Assembly (NCBI GenBank): GCA_045589295.1 | Contig: JAZNOU010000002.1 | Location: 88,801 to 152,800 of the forward strand | Direction of reading: 5' to 3' | Source: Clostridia bacterium | GTDB lineage: Bacteria > Bacillota > Clostridia > RGIG6154 | Length of the DNA stretch: 64,000 nt | In this document: piece after piece, positions 17,639 to 28,755 of the stretch | How the letters are laid out: each line of letters starts with the position of its first letter | Numbering within the stretch: position 1 is the stretch's first letter | Notes under the pieces: model-generated | What the model saw: only the letters and a program-made list of their open reading frames with translations | Database searches by the model: none | What the model was told of the DNA's origin: nothing | Program-made: the position numbers and the translations under genes

Positions 17639-19294
17639 ATGGATTACGAAAAATTAGCGGAACTTGTTTTGCCCGAAATTGATAAAAACATACAAGATTA
17701 TGAGTTGATATATCCCAAAAGACAACTTCCAGAAGGTGCACAGGTTACAAGGTTTGCACCTTCACCTACAGGATTTTTGCATATAGGCGGTCTTTTTTCT
17801 GCACTCATATCTGAAAGAACTGCTCATCAAAGCGGCGGAAAATTTATTTTAAGAATTGAGGATACTGACAAAAAACGCGAGGTTGAAAATGGCGTTGAAA
17901 AAATTTTGGAAGGTCTTAAAGAATTTGGCGTTAATGTTGACGAGGGTGTTATAGGAGAAGATAAGGAAACAGGAGATTATGGCCCTTATACTCAGAGCAA
18001 ACGCGGTGCTATTTACGGAGCATTTGCAAAAGAACTTGTAAAAAAAGGTTTGGCATATCCGTGCTTTTGCACAGAAGAAGAAATTGCCGGCATAAGACAG
18101 TTACAAGAACAACAAAAGCTTCTTCCTGGTTACTATGGCGAATTTGCAAAGTGCAGAGAGCTTACTTTAGAACAAGTTGAAGAAAACATCAAAAAAGGAA
18201 TGCCTTTTGTTTTAAGATTAAAATCACCCGGAAATGCCGAAAGAAAAGTTTCTTTTAAAGACGGTATAAGAGGCAAGATTGAAATGCCTGAAAATATTGT
18301 GGATGTTGTAATTTTAAAATCGGATAAAATCCCCACATACCACTTTGCACACGCGGTTGATGACTATCTTATGGGTACAACTTATGTTATCAGAGGCGAT
18401 GAATGGATTTCGTCCGTTCCAATACATCTGCAGCTTTTCTACTGTCTTGGTATCAAGCCTCCTAAATATGCACATATTGCGCCCATTATGAAAGAAGATG
18501 GTGGCGGAAAAAGAAAAATTTCAAAACGTAAAGACCCCGAAGCTGCAGTTTCTTTTTACACAGAAGAGGGTTTTCCGGTTGACGGAGTTATGGAATATCT
18601 TTTGAATTTGGCAAACTACACGTTTGAAGATTTTAAACGCGCTAATAAAAAGGCTCACTGGACAGAGTTTAAGCTTGAAATGAATAAAATGAGCAACTCA
18701 GGCGGGCTTTTTGATATGGTAAAGCTTACCGATATATGCAAAAACATTATTGCATCAATGACGGCTGAGGAAGTTTATGAAAAAGCGGCTGCTTGGGCAA
18801 AGGTGTTTGACAAAGAACTTTATGAGCTTTTGTCACGGGATAAAGAATTCAGCACAAAAATGTTCGGGTTTGACAGAAATCCCGACAAACCAAGAAAAGA
18901 TATTGCAAAGTGGTCTGATGTAAGAGAAAGCTTTTCATTTATGTTTGATGAAACTTTTGATGGTAAATACGCTGAAGTTGAAAATGTATCAAAGGAAGAT
19001 GCGAAAAAAATCCTTGACCTGTATAAAGTTATGTATGACGAAACTGCAGATAACACAGCGTGGTTTGAAACTATGAAGGATTTGGCTGAAAAAGTTGGAT
19101 TTGCAAGAGAAGTTAAAGAATATAAAGCAAATCCGGATGCTTTTCCGGGGCATGTTGGTGATGTGAGTAATATAATAAGAGTTGCAGTTACAGGCAGAAC
19201 AAAATCACCTGATCTTTGCTCTATTATGAAACTTTTAGGGAAAGAAAAAGTTGTAGCAAGAATTGACAGAGCAATTGCTGCTCTAGGACTATAA
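17639..19294 (+). CDS. gltX: Glutamyl-tRNA synthetase (long, 551-aa form)
   Basis: [18 protein letters not shown] motif, RIEDTD, KISKRK (KMSKS). Confidence 0.85.
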   Translation: MDYEKLAELVLPEIDKNIQDYELIYPKRQLPEGAQVTRFAPSPTGFLHIGGLFSALISERTAHQSGGKFILRIEDTDKKREVENGVEKILEGLKEFGVNVDEGVIGEDKETGDYGPYTQSKRGAIYGAFAKELVKKGLAYPCFCTEEEIAGIRQLQEQQKLLPGYYGEFAKCRELTLEQVEENIKKGMPFVLRLKSPGNAERKVSFKDGIRGKIEMPENIVDVVILKSDKIPTYHFAHAVDDYLMGTTYVIRGDEWISSVPIHLQLFYCLGIKPPKYAHIAPIMKEDGGGKRKISKRKDPEAAVSFYTEEGFPVDGVMEYLLNLANYTFEDFKRANKKAHWTEFKLEMNKMSNSGGLFDMVKLTDICKNIIASMTAEEVYEKAAAWAKVFDKELYELLSRDKEFSTKMFGFDRNPDKPRKDIAKWSDVRESFSFMFDETFDGKYAEVENVSKEDAKKILDLYKVMYDETADNTAWFETMKDLAEKVGFAREVKEYKANPDAFPGHVGDVSNIIRVAVTGRTKSPDLCSIMKLLGKEKVVARIDRAIAALGL

Positions 19295-19313
19295 AAGTCA
19301 AAGGAGAAGAACA

Positions 19314-20969
19314 ATGGAAGAATATATTTCATCTAATTTTATTCATGATGCAATAGATAAAGATTTGGAAGATGGCGTTTACAATTCTGTTCAGACAAGA
19401 TTCCCACCAGAGCCTAACGGATATTTGCACATAGGTCATGTTAAAGCGATTAATATTGATTTTTCTACTGCTAAAAAGTACAATGGGAAATGCAATTTAA
19501 GACTTGACGATACAAACCCGACTAAAGAAGATACCGAGTATGTGGATGCTATAATGGAGGACATCAAGTGGCTTGGATTTGAATGGGAAAATGTATATTA
19601 CGCATCGGATTATTTCCCGATTATCTATGACTGTGCGATAAAACTTATCAAGAAAGGCAAGGCTTTTGTTTGTGACCTTACCCCAGATGAAATGAGAGAG
19701 TACAGAGGAACACTTAAAGAACCAGGTAAAGAGAGTCCGTACAGAAACAGAAGTGTGGAAGAAAACCTTGATTTGTTTGAAAGAATGACAAAAGGTGAGT
19801 TTGAAACAGGTTCAAAGGTTCTTCGTGCAAAAATTGATATGGCATCAGGTAATCTTAATATGCGAGATCCTATCATTTACAGAGTTTTAAAGGCTACTCA
19901 TCACAGAACAGGAGATAAATGGTGTGTTTATCCTATGTATGACTTTGCACATCCTATTTCAGATGCTGCAGAAGGTGTTACACATTCACTTTGTTCACTT
20001 GAGTTTGAAGACCACAGACCGCTTTATGATTGGGTTTTAAAAGAATGTGATTTTGAAGTTCCGTCAAGACAAATTGAGTTTGCAAGACTTAATTTGACAA
20101 ACACTTTAACAAGCAAAAGAAAGTGTAAAAAACTTGTTGATGACGGTATTGTTGATGGTTGGGACGATCCGAGGATGTCAACCATTTCTGCCATGAGAAG
20201 AAGAGGATACCCTGCAGATGCTATGATTGATTTTGCTAATCGTATTGGTGTGGCAAAGGCATTCAGCGTTGTTGATTATGCACTTTTAGAGCATTGTGTA
20301 AGAGAAAATCTTAACTTAAATGCACCTCGTGCTATGGCTGTTTTGGATCCCCTTAAAGTAACAATTGAAAACTATCCCGAAAATGTAAGTGAAGATATAG
20401 AAGTTGACATCAATCCAAATGACGAAACCGCAGGCAAAAAAACAGTTACATTCTCAAGAAATATATTTATTGAAAAAGATGACTTTATGGAAGTTCCTGT
20501 TAAAGGCTACAAGAGACTTACACCTGACAATGAGGTAAGACTTAAAGGCGCGTACTTTGTAAGGGTTAAAGATATTATAAAAAATGAAAACGGCGAAGTG
20601 GTTGAGCTTATATGCACATACGACCCTGAGTCTAAGGGCGGAAATTCACCAGACGGAAGAAAAGTTAAAGGGACAATCCAATGGGTTGATGCTAACAATT
20701 GTTTAACTGCTCAGGTTAATATGTATGACAAATTATTTATGACTTCAAATCCGGGTGATTTAGAGGATTATCTTGACAATTTAAATCCTGACTCACTTAA
20801 AGTTTTAACAAATTGCAAAATTGACAAGGATTTGGAAAATGCAAAACCTGGTGACAGCTTCCAGTTTATGAGAAATGGATACTTTACAGTAGATAAAAAC
20901 TCCGGCGAAGATAAAATAATATTCAACTTGACTGTTACACTTAAAGATTCATATAAGCCTACAGTATAA
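19314..20969 (+). CDS. glnS: Glutaminyl-tRNA synthetase
   Basis: [22 protein letters not shown], GlnRS-type C-terminal anticodon-binding beta-barrels. Confidence 0.88.
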   Translation: MEEYISSNFIHDAIDKDLEDGVYNSVQTRFPPEPNGYLHIGHVKAINIDFSTAKKYNGKCNLRLDDTNPTKEDTEYVDAIMEDIKWLGFEWENVYYASDYFPIIYDCAIKLIKKGKAFVCDLTPDEMREYRGTLKEPGKESPYRNRSVEENLDLFERMTKGEFETGSKVLRAKIDMASGNLNMRDPIIYRVLKATHHRTGDKWCVYPMYDFAHPISDAAEGVTHSLCSLEFEDHRPLYDWVLKECDFEVPSRQIEFARLNLTNTLTSKRKCKKLVDDGIVDGWDDPRMSTISAMRRRGYPADAMIDFANRIGVAKAFSVVDYALLEHCVRENLNLNAPRAMAVLDPLKVTIENYPENVSEDIEVDINPNDETAGKKTVTFSRNIFIEKDDFMEVPVKGYKRLTPDNEVRLKGAYFVRVKDIIKNENGEVVELICTYDPESKGGNSPDGRKVKGTIQWVDANNCLTAQVNMYDKLFMTSNPGDLEDYLDNLNPDSLKVLTNCKIDKDLENAKPGDSFQFMRNGYFTVDKNSGEDKIIFNLTVTLKDSYKPTV

Positions 20970-20991
20970 GTTGTTGAAAGGATATGATAAA

Positions 20992-22926
20992 ATGGGAGAA
21001 AAATTTTATATAACCACTGCTATTGCGTATACTTCCCGCAAGCCCCACATTGGGAATACTTACGAAATTGTTTTAACTGATGCTATTGCGAGATTTAAGA
21101 AACAGCAAGGTTTTGATGTGTTTTTCTTAACAGGAACAGACGAGCACGGCATTAAAATTCAAGAAATAGCAGAAAATGCAGGTATTTCGCCAAAAGAATA
21201 TGTTGATGGTGTTGCAGGTGAAATTAAAGCTATATGGGATTTAATGAATACAAGTTATGATAAATTTATCAGAACAACTGATGATTACCATGTAAAACAG
21301 GTGCAGAAAATTTTTAAAAAATTCTACGACCAGGGCGATATTTATAAAGGTGAATATGAAGGAATGTACTGTGTACCTTGCGAAACTTTCTACACAGAAA
21401 GCCAGCTTGTAGACGGCAAATGCCCTGACTGCGGAAGAGAAGTAAAACCTGCAAAAGAAGAGGCGTATTTCTTTAAAATGAGCAAATATCAGGATGCTTT
21501 AATGAAACACATCGAAGAAAATCCTGATTTTATTCAGCCTGAATCAAGAAAAAAAGAAATGGTAAACAATTTCTTAAAACCAGGTCTTCAGGATCTTTGT
21601 GTTTCAAGAACATCATTTACATGGGGTGTTCCTGTTGAATTTGATGAGGGACACGTTATTTACGTGTGGATTGACGCTCTTTCAAACTACATTACAGCTT
21701 TGGGTTACGATACAGAAAATCCGTCAGAACTTTACAATAAGTACTGGCCTGCAGATGTTCACGTTATCGGCAAAGACATTTTAAGATTCCACACAATTTA
21801 CTGGCCGATTATGCTTATGGCACTTGGCCAGCCTCTCCCTAAAAAAGTTTTCGGTCATCCGTGGCTTTTGTTCGGAAACGATAAAATGAGCAAATCAAAA
21901 GGCAATGTTATTTATGCTGACGATTTGGTAGAACTTTTTGGAGTTGATGCAGTAAGATTTTATCTATTGTCTGAAATGCCGTACGGTAATGACGGAAGTA
22001 TAACTTACGAAAACATTATAGCAAGATATAACTCAGAGCTTGCAAACGTTTTGGGCAACCTTGTAAATCGTACTGTTGCTATGACACATAAGTATTTTGG
22101 AGGTATTGTTCAGGCACCTTCAAAAGCAGAAGAAATCGACAACGAACTTATTGCTCAGGCGAAAGAAACGGTGAAAAATACAATCGCTAAAATGGAAGAA
22201 TATAAAACAAGCGATGCAATTGCAGAAATCTGGAACCTCTTAAAAAGAAGTAACAAGTATATTGATGAAACAACTCCGTGGGCACTTGCAAAAGACGAAA
22301 GCAATAAAGAAAGACTTGGAACAGTACTCTATAACTTGATTGAAGCGATAAGAATTGCGGCGGTTTTACTCACTCCGTTTATGCCTGAGACAGCAGAAAA
22401 AATTGCAAAGCAAATTAATGCGGATAATCTTTCTTTTGAAAGCATTAAAGAGTTTGGCGGGTATAAAGCAGGTACACAGACAAATGAAGCAACTCCGCTT
22501 TTTGCAAGACTTGACGAAGCTAAAACTTTGGAAGAAATCGAAAAGTTTTTAGAAAAATATAATGAGCCTGAAGAAAAATTTGAGCCTTTTAAAGAAGAAA
22601 TCGAATTTGAAGATTTTGAAAAATGTGATTTAAGAGTAGCTCGCGTTTTAGAGTGTGAAGAAGTTCCTAAAGCAAATAAGCTTTTGAAATTCAAACTTAA
22701 AGTCGGCAACGAAGAAAGAGTTATACTTTCGGGAATTAAAAAATACTACAAACCAGAAGATTTGGTTGGCAAAAATGTTTTGATTATTGCAAACCTTAAG
22801 CCAAGAAAGATTATGGGTATTGAATCTAAGGGTATGATACTTTCAGCAGTTGATGATAATGAAGACATTCTTTCAGTTACAACAACCTTAGATGGTAGTT
22901 TTAAAGCAGGATCAATTGTTTGCTAA
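20992..22926 (+). CDS. metG: Methionyl-tRNA synthetase with C-terminal tRNA-binding (EMAP/Trbp111-like) domain
   Basis: HIGN motif, CxxC zinc knuckle, KMSKS, C-terminal tRNA-binding domain; GAAAGGA RBS before ATG 20992. Confidence 0.9.
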   Translation: MGEKFYITTAIAYTSRKPHIGNTYEIVLTDAIARFKKQQGFDVFFLTGTDEHGIKIQEIAENAGISPKEYVDGVAGEIKAIWDLMNTSYDKFIRTTDDYHVKQVQKIFKKFYDQGDIYKGEYEGMYCVPCETFYTESQLVDGKCPDCGREVKPAKEEAYFFKMSKYQDALMKHIEENPDFIQPESRKKEMVNNFLKPGLQDLCVSRTSFTWGVPVEFDEGHVIYVWIDALSNYITALGYDTENPSELYNKYWPADVHVIGKDILRFHTIYWPIMLMALGQPLPKKVFGHPWLLFGNDKMSKSKGNVIYADDLVELFGVDAVRFYLLSEMPYGNDGSITYENIIARYNSELANVLGNLVNRTVAMTHKYFGGIVQAPSKAEEIDNELIAQAKETVKNTIAKMEEYKTSDAIAEIWNLLKRSNKYIDETTPWALAKDESNKERLGTVLYNLIEAIRIAAVLLTPFMPETAEKIAKQINADNLSFESIKEFGGYKAGTQTNEATPLFARLDEAKTLEEIEKFLEKYNEPEEKFEPFKEEIEFEDFEKCDLRVARVLECEEVPKANKLLKFKLKVGNEERVILSGIKKYYKPEDLVGKNVLIIANLKPRKIMGIESKGMILSAVDDNEDILSVTTTLDGSFKAGSIVC

Positions 22927-22937
22927 AAAGTGAATAA

Positions 22938-22978
22938 ACCTCCTTTTTTGGTTAATAATACTAAAAAAAGGAGGTTTT
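22938..22978 (+). terminator. metG terminator hairpin (AAACCTCCTTTTTT-loop-AAAAAAGGAGGTTT followed by Us); its 3' arm contains the rubrerythrin Shine-Dalgarno
   Basis: 14-nt inverted repeat read directly; AGGAGG within the descending arm, 8 nt before the rbr ATG. Confidence 0.7.
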
Positions 22979-22981
22979 TTT

Positions 22982-23518
22982 ATGGAATTAAAAGGTTCAA
23001 AAACAGAAGCGAATTTAATGGCAGCTTTTGCGGGTGAAACTCAGGCAAGGACAAAATATCATTATTACGCATCAAAAGCAAGGGAAGATGGCTATGAACA
23101 TATTGCAAAGGTTTTTGAGGAAACTGCCGCAAATGAAAAAGCACACGCAAAAATATGGTTTAAGCTCCTTAAAGGCGGTATGCCCGGTACGCTTGATAAT
23201 TTGAAAGACGGCGCATCAGGTGAAGATTATGAATGGTCTGAAATGTATAAAGAATTTGAAGAAGTTGCAAAAGATGAGGGGTTTGACAACATTGCAAGGC
23301 TTTTTAAAGAGGTTGGAGAAATTGAAAAAACTCATCTTGACAGATATAATCAGCTTATAAAAGAAGTTGAAAATAATGAGGTGTTTCAAAAGCAGACTGA
23401 GGTTAAATGGCGCTGTGCAAACTGCGGATACATCCACCAGGGACAAGGTGCGCCTGATGTTTGTCCTGTGTGTGCTCACCCTAAAGCATATTTTGAGGTT
23501 AAGGCAGATAATTACTGA
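22982..23518 (+). CDS. rbr: Rubrerythrin (di-iron ferritin-like domain plus C-terminal rubredoxin CxxC...CxxC)
   Basis: ExxH di-iron motifs and C-terminal CANCG...CPVCAHP. Confidence 0.92.
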   Translation: MELKGSKTEANLMAAFAGETQARTKYHYYASKAREDGYEHIAKVFEETAANEKAHAKIWFKLLKGGMPGTLDNLKDGASGEDYEWSEMYKEFEEVAKDEGFDNIARLFKEVGEIEKTHLDRYNQLIKEVENNEVFQKQTEVKWRCANCGYIHQGQGAPDVCPVCAHPKAYFEVKADNY

Positions 23519-23555
23519 TTTTCTGCGAATAAATTCCAAATATAATACAATAAAA

Positions 23556-23590
23556 GGAAAAGCAGGTATTTTTACCTGCTTTTTTTAGTA
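23556..23590 (+). terminator. Rho-independent terminator after rbr
   Basis: AAAGCAGGTA-ttttt-TACCTGCTTT followed by TTTTT. Confidence 0.8.
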
Positions 23591-23685
23591 AAAAAATAAG
23601 AAAAAATAGCCTAAAAGGTTGAAATTTTTGCTCATATAGTATAAAATATAATAATAGACTATTAGTGATTATTTAAAAAAAGGAT

Positions 23686-24759
23686 ATGATAAATTTGACT
23701 GATGTTTTAGTTTTATTTGGTGGACAGTCAACTGAGCACGAAGTATCTCTTTGCTCTGTTACAAATGTTTTAAATAAATTGAATCCCCAAAAGTATAATA
23801 TTATAAAAGTCGGCATTACAAAAACAGGACAGTGGCTTTTATATGAAGGAGACAACAAAAATATCAAGGACGGAAGCTGGGAAAACAATAATGTAACTCC
23901 TGCGTTTTTAGTTCCTGATGCTTCAATGGGACTTGTTGTTTTAAGAAACGGAAGGGCTGAAATAAAAAATGTTGATGTTGTGTTCCCTGTTCTTCATGGT
24001 GCATGCGGTGAGGACGGAACCATTCAAGGTCTTTGTGCACTTGCAAAAGTTCCTTGTGTAGGTCCTGATATGATTTCATCTGCCATTTGTATGGATAAAA
24101 CATCAACCAAGATTATGCTTAAAGATTTAAATATTCCTCAGGCAGACTGGATTACAATTATAAGCAGTGAACTTTCAGACATTGGAAATGTTGTAAAAAG
24201 AATTGAAGAAAAGTTTGAATATCCTGTGTTTATAAAGCCTGCAAATGCAGGATCTTCGGTTGGCATAGGAAAATCACACAATAAAGAGGAGCTTATAGAG
24301 CACCTTGAAAATGCGGCAAAGGTTGACAGCAAGATATTGGTTGAAGAATTTATTGACGGCAGAGAAGTTGAATGTGCGGTTTTAGGAAACGACGACCCTG
24401 TTGCATCTGTTTTGGGTGAAATTATTCCTGATAAAGAGTTTTATGATTACGAGGCAAAATACCACTCAGACTCAAAGCTTATAATTCCTGCGCCTATCTC
24501 TGAAACAAAATCAAATCAGATAAGAGAGATTGCGAAAAAGGCGTTTACAAAAATCGGTCTTAAGGGAATGTCAAGAATTGATTTCTTTGTACATAAAATT
24601 ACAGGCGATATTTACTTAAATGAGATTAACACAATCCCAGGATTTACAGACATCAGTATGTATCCTGTTCTTATGGAAAAAACGGGGATTGGCGGGGAAA
24701 TGCTGGTTGATAAACTGATAGAACTTGCCATTGAAGAATTTGCTGGTGAAAGATTATGA
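23686..24759 (+). CDS. ddl: D-alanine--D-alanine ligase
   Basis: ATP-grasp Ddl family; LHGACGEDGTIQG motif. Confidence 0.88.
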   Translation: MINLTDVLVLFGGQSTEHEVSLCSVTNVLNKLNPQKYNIIKVGITKTGQWLLYEGDNKNIKDGSWENNNVTPAFLVPDASMGLVVLRNGRAEIKNVDVVFPVLHGACGEDGTIQGLCALAKVPCVGPDMISSAICMDKTSTKIMLKDLNIPQADWITIISSELSDIGNVVKRIEEKFEYPVFIKPANAGSSVGIGKSHNKEELIEHLENAAKVDSKILVEEFIDGREVECAVLGNDDPVASVLGEIIPDKEFYDYEAKYHSDSKLIIPAPISETKSNQIREIAKKAFTKIGLKGMSRIDFFVHKITGDIYLNEINTIPGFTDISMYPVLMEKTGIGGEMLVDKLIELAIEEFAGERL

Positions 24760-25565
24760 AAAACAAACCAATCGGAGTTTTCGACTCGGGACTTGGCGGA
24801 CTTACCGCGGTTAAAGAAATAATGAATCTTATGCCTAATGAGGACATAATTTATTTTGGTGACACAGCAAGAGTTCCTTATGGCTCAAGGTCGAGCGAAA
24901 CTATAATTAAATATGCAAAGCAGGACATTAACTTTTTAAAATCGTTTGATATAAAAATAATTTTAGCTGCTTGCGGAACAGTTTCTTCTGTGGCGCTTCC
25001 TGAAATTCCCAATAAGGACGTTAAAGTTATCGGCGTTGTTGAGCCTGCAGCAGTTGCATCAGTAAAGGCTACTAAAAACAAAAAAATAGCCGTTTTGGGA
25101 ACACAAGGAACTATAAACAGCAGGGCATACGAAAAAGCAATAACAAAAATCATGCCGGAGGCTTTAATTACATCAGTTGCGTGCCCATTGTTTGTGCATT
25201 TAGTTGAAAATGGCTATCACGATAACGAGGCGACGTATTTGATTGCAAAAGATTATTTGAGTGAGGTTATAAAAAGCGGTGCAGATACTGTTATTTTAGG
25301 TTGTACTCACTATCCAATGCTCACACAAGTAATTGCAGAAATTTTAGGAAATAAAGTAAAGCTGATTAATGTGGGCGAAACTGCGGCGCAGTACCTCAGG
25401 GAAATCTTAGAGCAAGAGGGTAAGCTTTGCAGTGAAAAAAATCCTACGTATGAATTCTATGCATCAGATGCTAAAAGCGGATTTGACTACTTAGCAAAAA
25501 TGTTTTTAAAAAGGGATTTAGGAATACTTAAAAGCGTGGATATTGATAAAATCAAGGAGGACTAA
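24756..25565 (+). CDS. murI: Glutamate racemase
   Basis: IGVFDSGLGGLT motif and the catalytic Cys pair regions. Confidence 0.9.
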   Translation: MKNKPIGVFDSGLGGLTAVKEIMNLMPNEDIIYFGDTARVPYGSRSSETIIKYAKQDINFLKSFDIKIILAACGTVSSVALPEIPNKDVKVIGVVEPAAVASVKATKNKKIAVLGTQGTINSRAYEKAITKIMPEALITSVACPLFVHLVENGYHDNEATYLIAKDYLSEVIKSGADTVILGCTHYPMLTQVIAEILGNKVKLINVGETAAQYLREILEQEGKLCSEKNPTYEFYASDAKSGFDYLAKMFLKRDLGILKSVDIDKIKED

Positions 25566-25991
25566 ATGACAGTTAATGCCATTGCATCTATAAAAACCTG
25601 TCAGAAAACACCTGACGGAGAAAACTTTAATATAGAAATGATGTGTGACGCGGAATATATTTACTCTTTTGATAAATGCACACTAAAATATAACGAGCCT
25701 GAGGGGTCGGAACTTGGCAAAACCCAAACACTTATTGAAATAGAGGATGAAAGTATTACACTTACAAGAAGCGGTGAAAATAACTCAAGAATGTATTTCA
25801 AAAAAGGCGAAAAGTATATGAGTGTTTACGAAATGCCTTTTGGAATGTTTTCAATCAATATAAATTCTGAGTATGTTGAGATTTCAAAAAATGAAGAGGG
25901 GGCACATATTGAAATAGAATATGCCTTGGAACTTGAGGGTATAGTTTCATCAAAAAATAAATTAGAACTTGATATAAAGAGGAAAATATAA
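25566..25991 (+). CDS. Hypothetical protein, DUF1934/YwiB-like beta-barrel
   Basis: 141 aa, no recognisable catalytic motif; translationally coupled to neighbours. Confidence 0.6.
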   Translation: MTVNAIASIKTCQKTPDGENFNIEMMCDAEYIYSFDKCTLKYNEPEGSELGKTQTLIEIEDESITLTRSGENNSRMYFKKGEKYMSVYEMPFGMFSININSEYVEISKNEEGAHIEIEYALELEGIVSSKNKLELDIKRKI

Positions 25992-27310
25992 TGAAGTCAG
26001 TTAAAAAAGCAGGACTTTTGTTGGTTTGCTTTGTGCTTGCTTTAAATGTAATCACGGTACAGGCAGCAGAGTTTACTGCAAACCAGAATGTGTATAACGA
26101 ACTTATAAATATTACCTACGACGATATGGCGTATATGCCTGTAAACCATTGGTCAAGCACAGCAGTATATGTAACATCTGCGGCAGGGCTTATAAAAGGG
26201 TATGATGCTAACTTTAATCCGGGAGGAACAGTTACTAAAAGCGAAGCTTTAGCGGTGCTGTTCAGGTCGTCGGGACATGAGGGACTTGCAAATTCATATT
26301 ACAGCAATATCCTAAAATCTAAAGAAAAGGAGCCTTATGAGTACAACAATGTAGACTCGTGGGCAGACGGATATATAAGACTCGCTGTTGACTTCGGAAT
26401 TTTAACACCCGATGAGTACCTTTACTGTATGTCATCTAAGTATAATAACGATGGCGAGTTCCAAAAAAACAAACCTGCACTTAAGGCAGAACTTGCAAAG
26501 TGGATTGTTAAGGTATATAAATTGCCCGTCCAAAAAGGCGAGAGCAAAATTTCTGCGTTTTATGACTATAGCGAACTTAAAAGCGAGGACAAGCAGTACT
26601 TAGAAACTGCTGTATACTATGGAATTTTAAATGGTTCTGGTGACAGACTTGACCCGTACGTTACAATGACGCGCGAACAGATGGCACAGATTTTTTATAA
26701 CATAAGAAATTTGTGGGCAGAAAAACTGGGATACGAAATTTTGCAGGGTACGATTTCTGACGTAAATAAAACAACAACTCAATCAGAGGGCAAAATTACA
26801 AACGACATTGTTATTTCAACCGATGCAGGTAATTTAATCACCCAAAGAGAGTATAAGTTAAATGGTGAAGCGGTAGACAATACCTATGACAGCGGGCTTT
26901 TGTATAAAGATTTTGTTGTAATAGCACAAGGTCATCTGCCAACCGACTCTACCATTTTAAAGAAGTCTGATGGGATAAGCATTTTTGTAAAAGACAGTGC
27001 CGTTAAGTTTATTTTAAAAAATAAATCGGGCGGAAATCTTGATTTTTCTTCTGAAGAATTTAAAGATGCTTCGGTACATAAGGGCAGACTTTATTTTTAC
27101 GATGCAGATGAAATGACATTGGTTTTAAAAACGGAAAAAGGGTTTGAGGAAATCAACTGCAGCAATGCAACAGAGTTTTCATACAGAACAAATGTAGTCG
27201 ACAAATCAAAAATTAATGAAATGTATAAAGACAGCGAAATTTACGTATTTACCTGTGTTGAAATAGCAGGAAACAGAGAGTTTGCGTACAGAGTACAGAT
27301 AACAGATTAA
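25991..27310 (+). CDS. Secreted cell-wall-associated protein with N-terminal signal peptide and three S-layer-homology (SLH)-like repeats
   Basis: Signal peptide MKSVKKAGLLLVCFVLALNVITVQA; repeated SLH-like motifs. Confidence 0.7.
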   Translation: MKSVKKAGLLLVCFVLALNVITVQAAEFTANQNVYNELINITYDDMAYMPVNHWSSTAVYVTSAAGLIKGYDANFNPGGTVTKSEALAVLFRSSGHEGLANSYYSNILKSKEKEPYEYNNVDSWADGYIRLAVDFGILTPDEYLYCMSSKYNNDGEFQKNKPALKAELAKWIVKVYKLPVQKGESKISAFYDYSELKSEDKQYLETAVYYGILNGSGDRLDPYVTMTREQMAQIFYNIRNLWAEKLGYEILQGTISDVNKTTTQSEGKITNDIVISTDAGNLITQREYKLNGEAVDNTYDSGLLYKDFVVIAQGHLPTDSTILKKSDGISIFVKDSAVKFILKNKSGGNLDFSSEEFKDASVHKGRLYFYDADEMTLVLKTEKGFEEINCSNATEFSYRTNVVDKSKINEMYKDSEIYVFTCVEIAGNREFAYRVQITD

Positions 27311-27322
27311 CAAGGAGAGGAT

Positions 27323-28741
27323 TTGATGAAAAGAAGAATTTTAGCACTGCTTTTGGCAGTATTTATTATAATACCTAATGCTGCCTTTGCATCAGAAACC
27401 ACAGAGCCTGAAGGTTTTGCGGTAATAACAACTCTGTTTAATTTTGTAAAGCACTTTTATCAATTTGATGTGGATGATTCTGCGGCAAACGAAAACATAA
27501 TAAAAGAAGTTTTAAGAGAAAATCCCGATGCTTTTCAAACCATTATAAAAGCGTTTATGGCAACTTTGGACGAGCACAGTGTGTATTACACAAAAGAAGA
27601 GTTTGAAAGCTTTAATAATTATATAGAATCAGGTTTTGCAGGAATAGGTATTACATATTTAAGAGAAAATGGCAAGATGGTAGTATCAGGAACTGTAGAA
27701 AATTCACCTGCATATAAGGCAGGTATTCAGCCTGGTGATATAATCGCAGCAGTTGACGGAGTTTCACTTTATGAATGTGACACAGATTTTGCCGCGTCAC
27801 TTATTAGAGGAAACGAGGGAACAAGTGTTGTAATCACGGTTGAACGTGGTAGTGAAAAGTTTGATGTTACGCTTATAAGAGCAACACTTCACGACTTTAC
27901 TGTTAACTACTCAATGCTTGAAGATGATATTGCGTATTTTAACATTACTATGTTTGGTTCTGAAACAGCAAAAGAGTTTGAAAAGGCATATGAAGAACTT
28001 CAGCAGTACAATCCCAAAGGATATATCATAGATTTAAGATATAACACAGGCGGTGTTACAGATGCGGCGCTATCTTGTCTCTCGTATTTTCTCCCTAAGG
28101 ATGCTGTTACAATGAACATTTATAGCAAAACTCAAGGAACAGAGGTGTATAAAAACAAAAAAGACGGGAAAAAGCAAAATGTTGCAGTTTTGGTAAACGA
28201 ATTTTCAGCATCGGCATCGGAAATTTTTACTGCGGCGATTAAAGATAATGAAGCAGGCGTAATTGTGGGCACAAAAACTTATGGTAAAGGTACTTCGCAG
28301 ACTACAATTGGTCTTGGTGAATACGGCGGACTTAAACTTACAATAGCAGAGTTTCAGTCGCCAAACGGTAACAGGATTGACGGCGTTGGTATTACTCCTG
28401 ATGTCTATGTAAAAAATGTTTCTAAAAAAGCAGAAGCAGGAGATTACGAAAAGCTTGAATATAAAACTATATACAAGCAGGGCGACAGCGGTGATGAAAT
28501 ATATGCAATAAAGCAAAGGCTTTCGGCAACAGGGTATTTTAAGGGAACAATGGATAGTTACTTTGATTTGTCCTTAGTAAATGCCGTAAAGGCAATTCAG
28601 AAAGAAACAGGGCTTTTTGTTTACGGAGTCGCAGACATTACAACACAGACAGTTATCAATAATCTTGCGTTGGAAGCAGAGATTATGATAGATTCGCAGT
28701 TTAACGAAGCTTTAACACAAGTTAAAAATAATATAAAATAA
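27323..28741 (+). CDS. Carboxy-terminal processing (S41, CtpA-like) protease with PDZ domain and C-terminal PG_binding_1 domain
   Basis: PDZ segment GIQPGDIIAAVDG; S41 Ser/Lys dyad region (SASASEIF ... TKTYGKG); C-terminal peptidoglycan-binding repeat. Confidence 0.82.
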   Translation: MMKRRILALLLAVFIIIPNAAFASETTEPEGFAVITTLFNFVKHFYQFDVDDSAANENIIKEVLRENPDAFQTIIKAFMATLDEHSVYYTKEEFESFNNYIESGFAGIGITYLRENGKMVVSGTVENSPAYKAGIQPGDIIAAVDGVSLYECDTDFAASLIRGNEGTSVVITVERGSEKFDVTLIRATLHDFTVNYSMLEDDIAYFNITMFGSETAKEFEKAYEELQQYNPKGYIIDLRYNTGGVTDAALSCLSYFLPKDAVTMNIYSKTQGTEVYKNKKDGKKQNVAVLVNEFSASASEIFTAAIKDNEAGVIVGTKTYGKGTSQTTIGLGEYGGLKLTIAEFQSPNGNRIDGVGITPDVYVKNVSKKAEAGDYEKLEYKTIYKQGDSGDEIYAIKQRLSATGYFKGTMDSYFDLSLVNAVKAIQKETGLFVYGVADITTQTVINNLALEAEIMIDSQFNEALTQVKNNIK

Positions 28742-28755
28742 AGAGGGTAATAATA

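Noticed and set aside
17486-17640. Possible T-box or riboswitch leaders before gltX, argS and the permease
   Set aside because: No AGGGTGGNACCGCG T-box sequence and no specifier-loop/antiterminator architecture is visible in 17486..17640, 29266..29282 or 37698..37986. The last region is kept as an unexplained structured leader.
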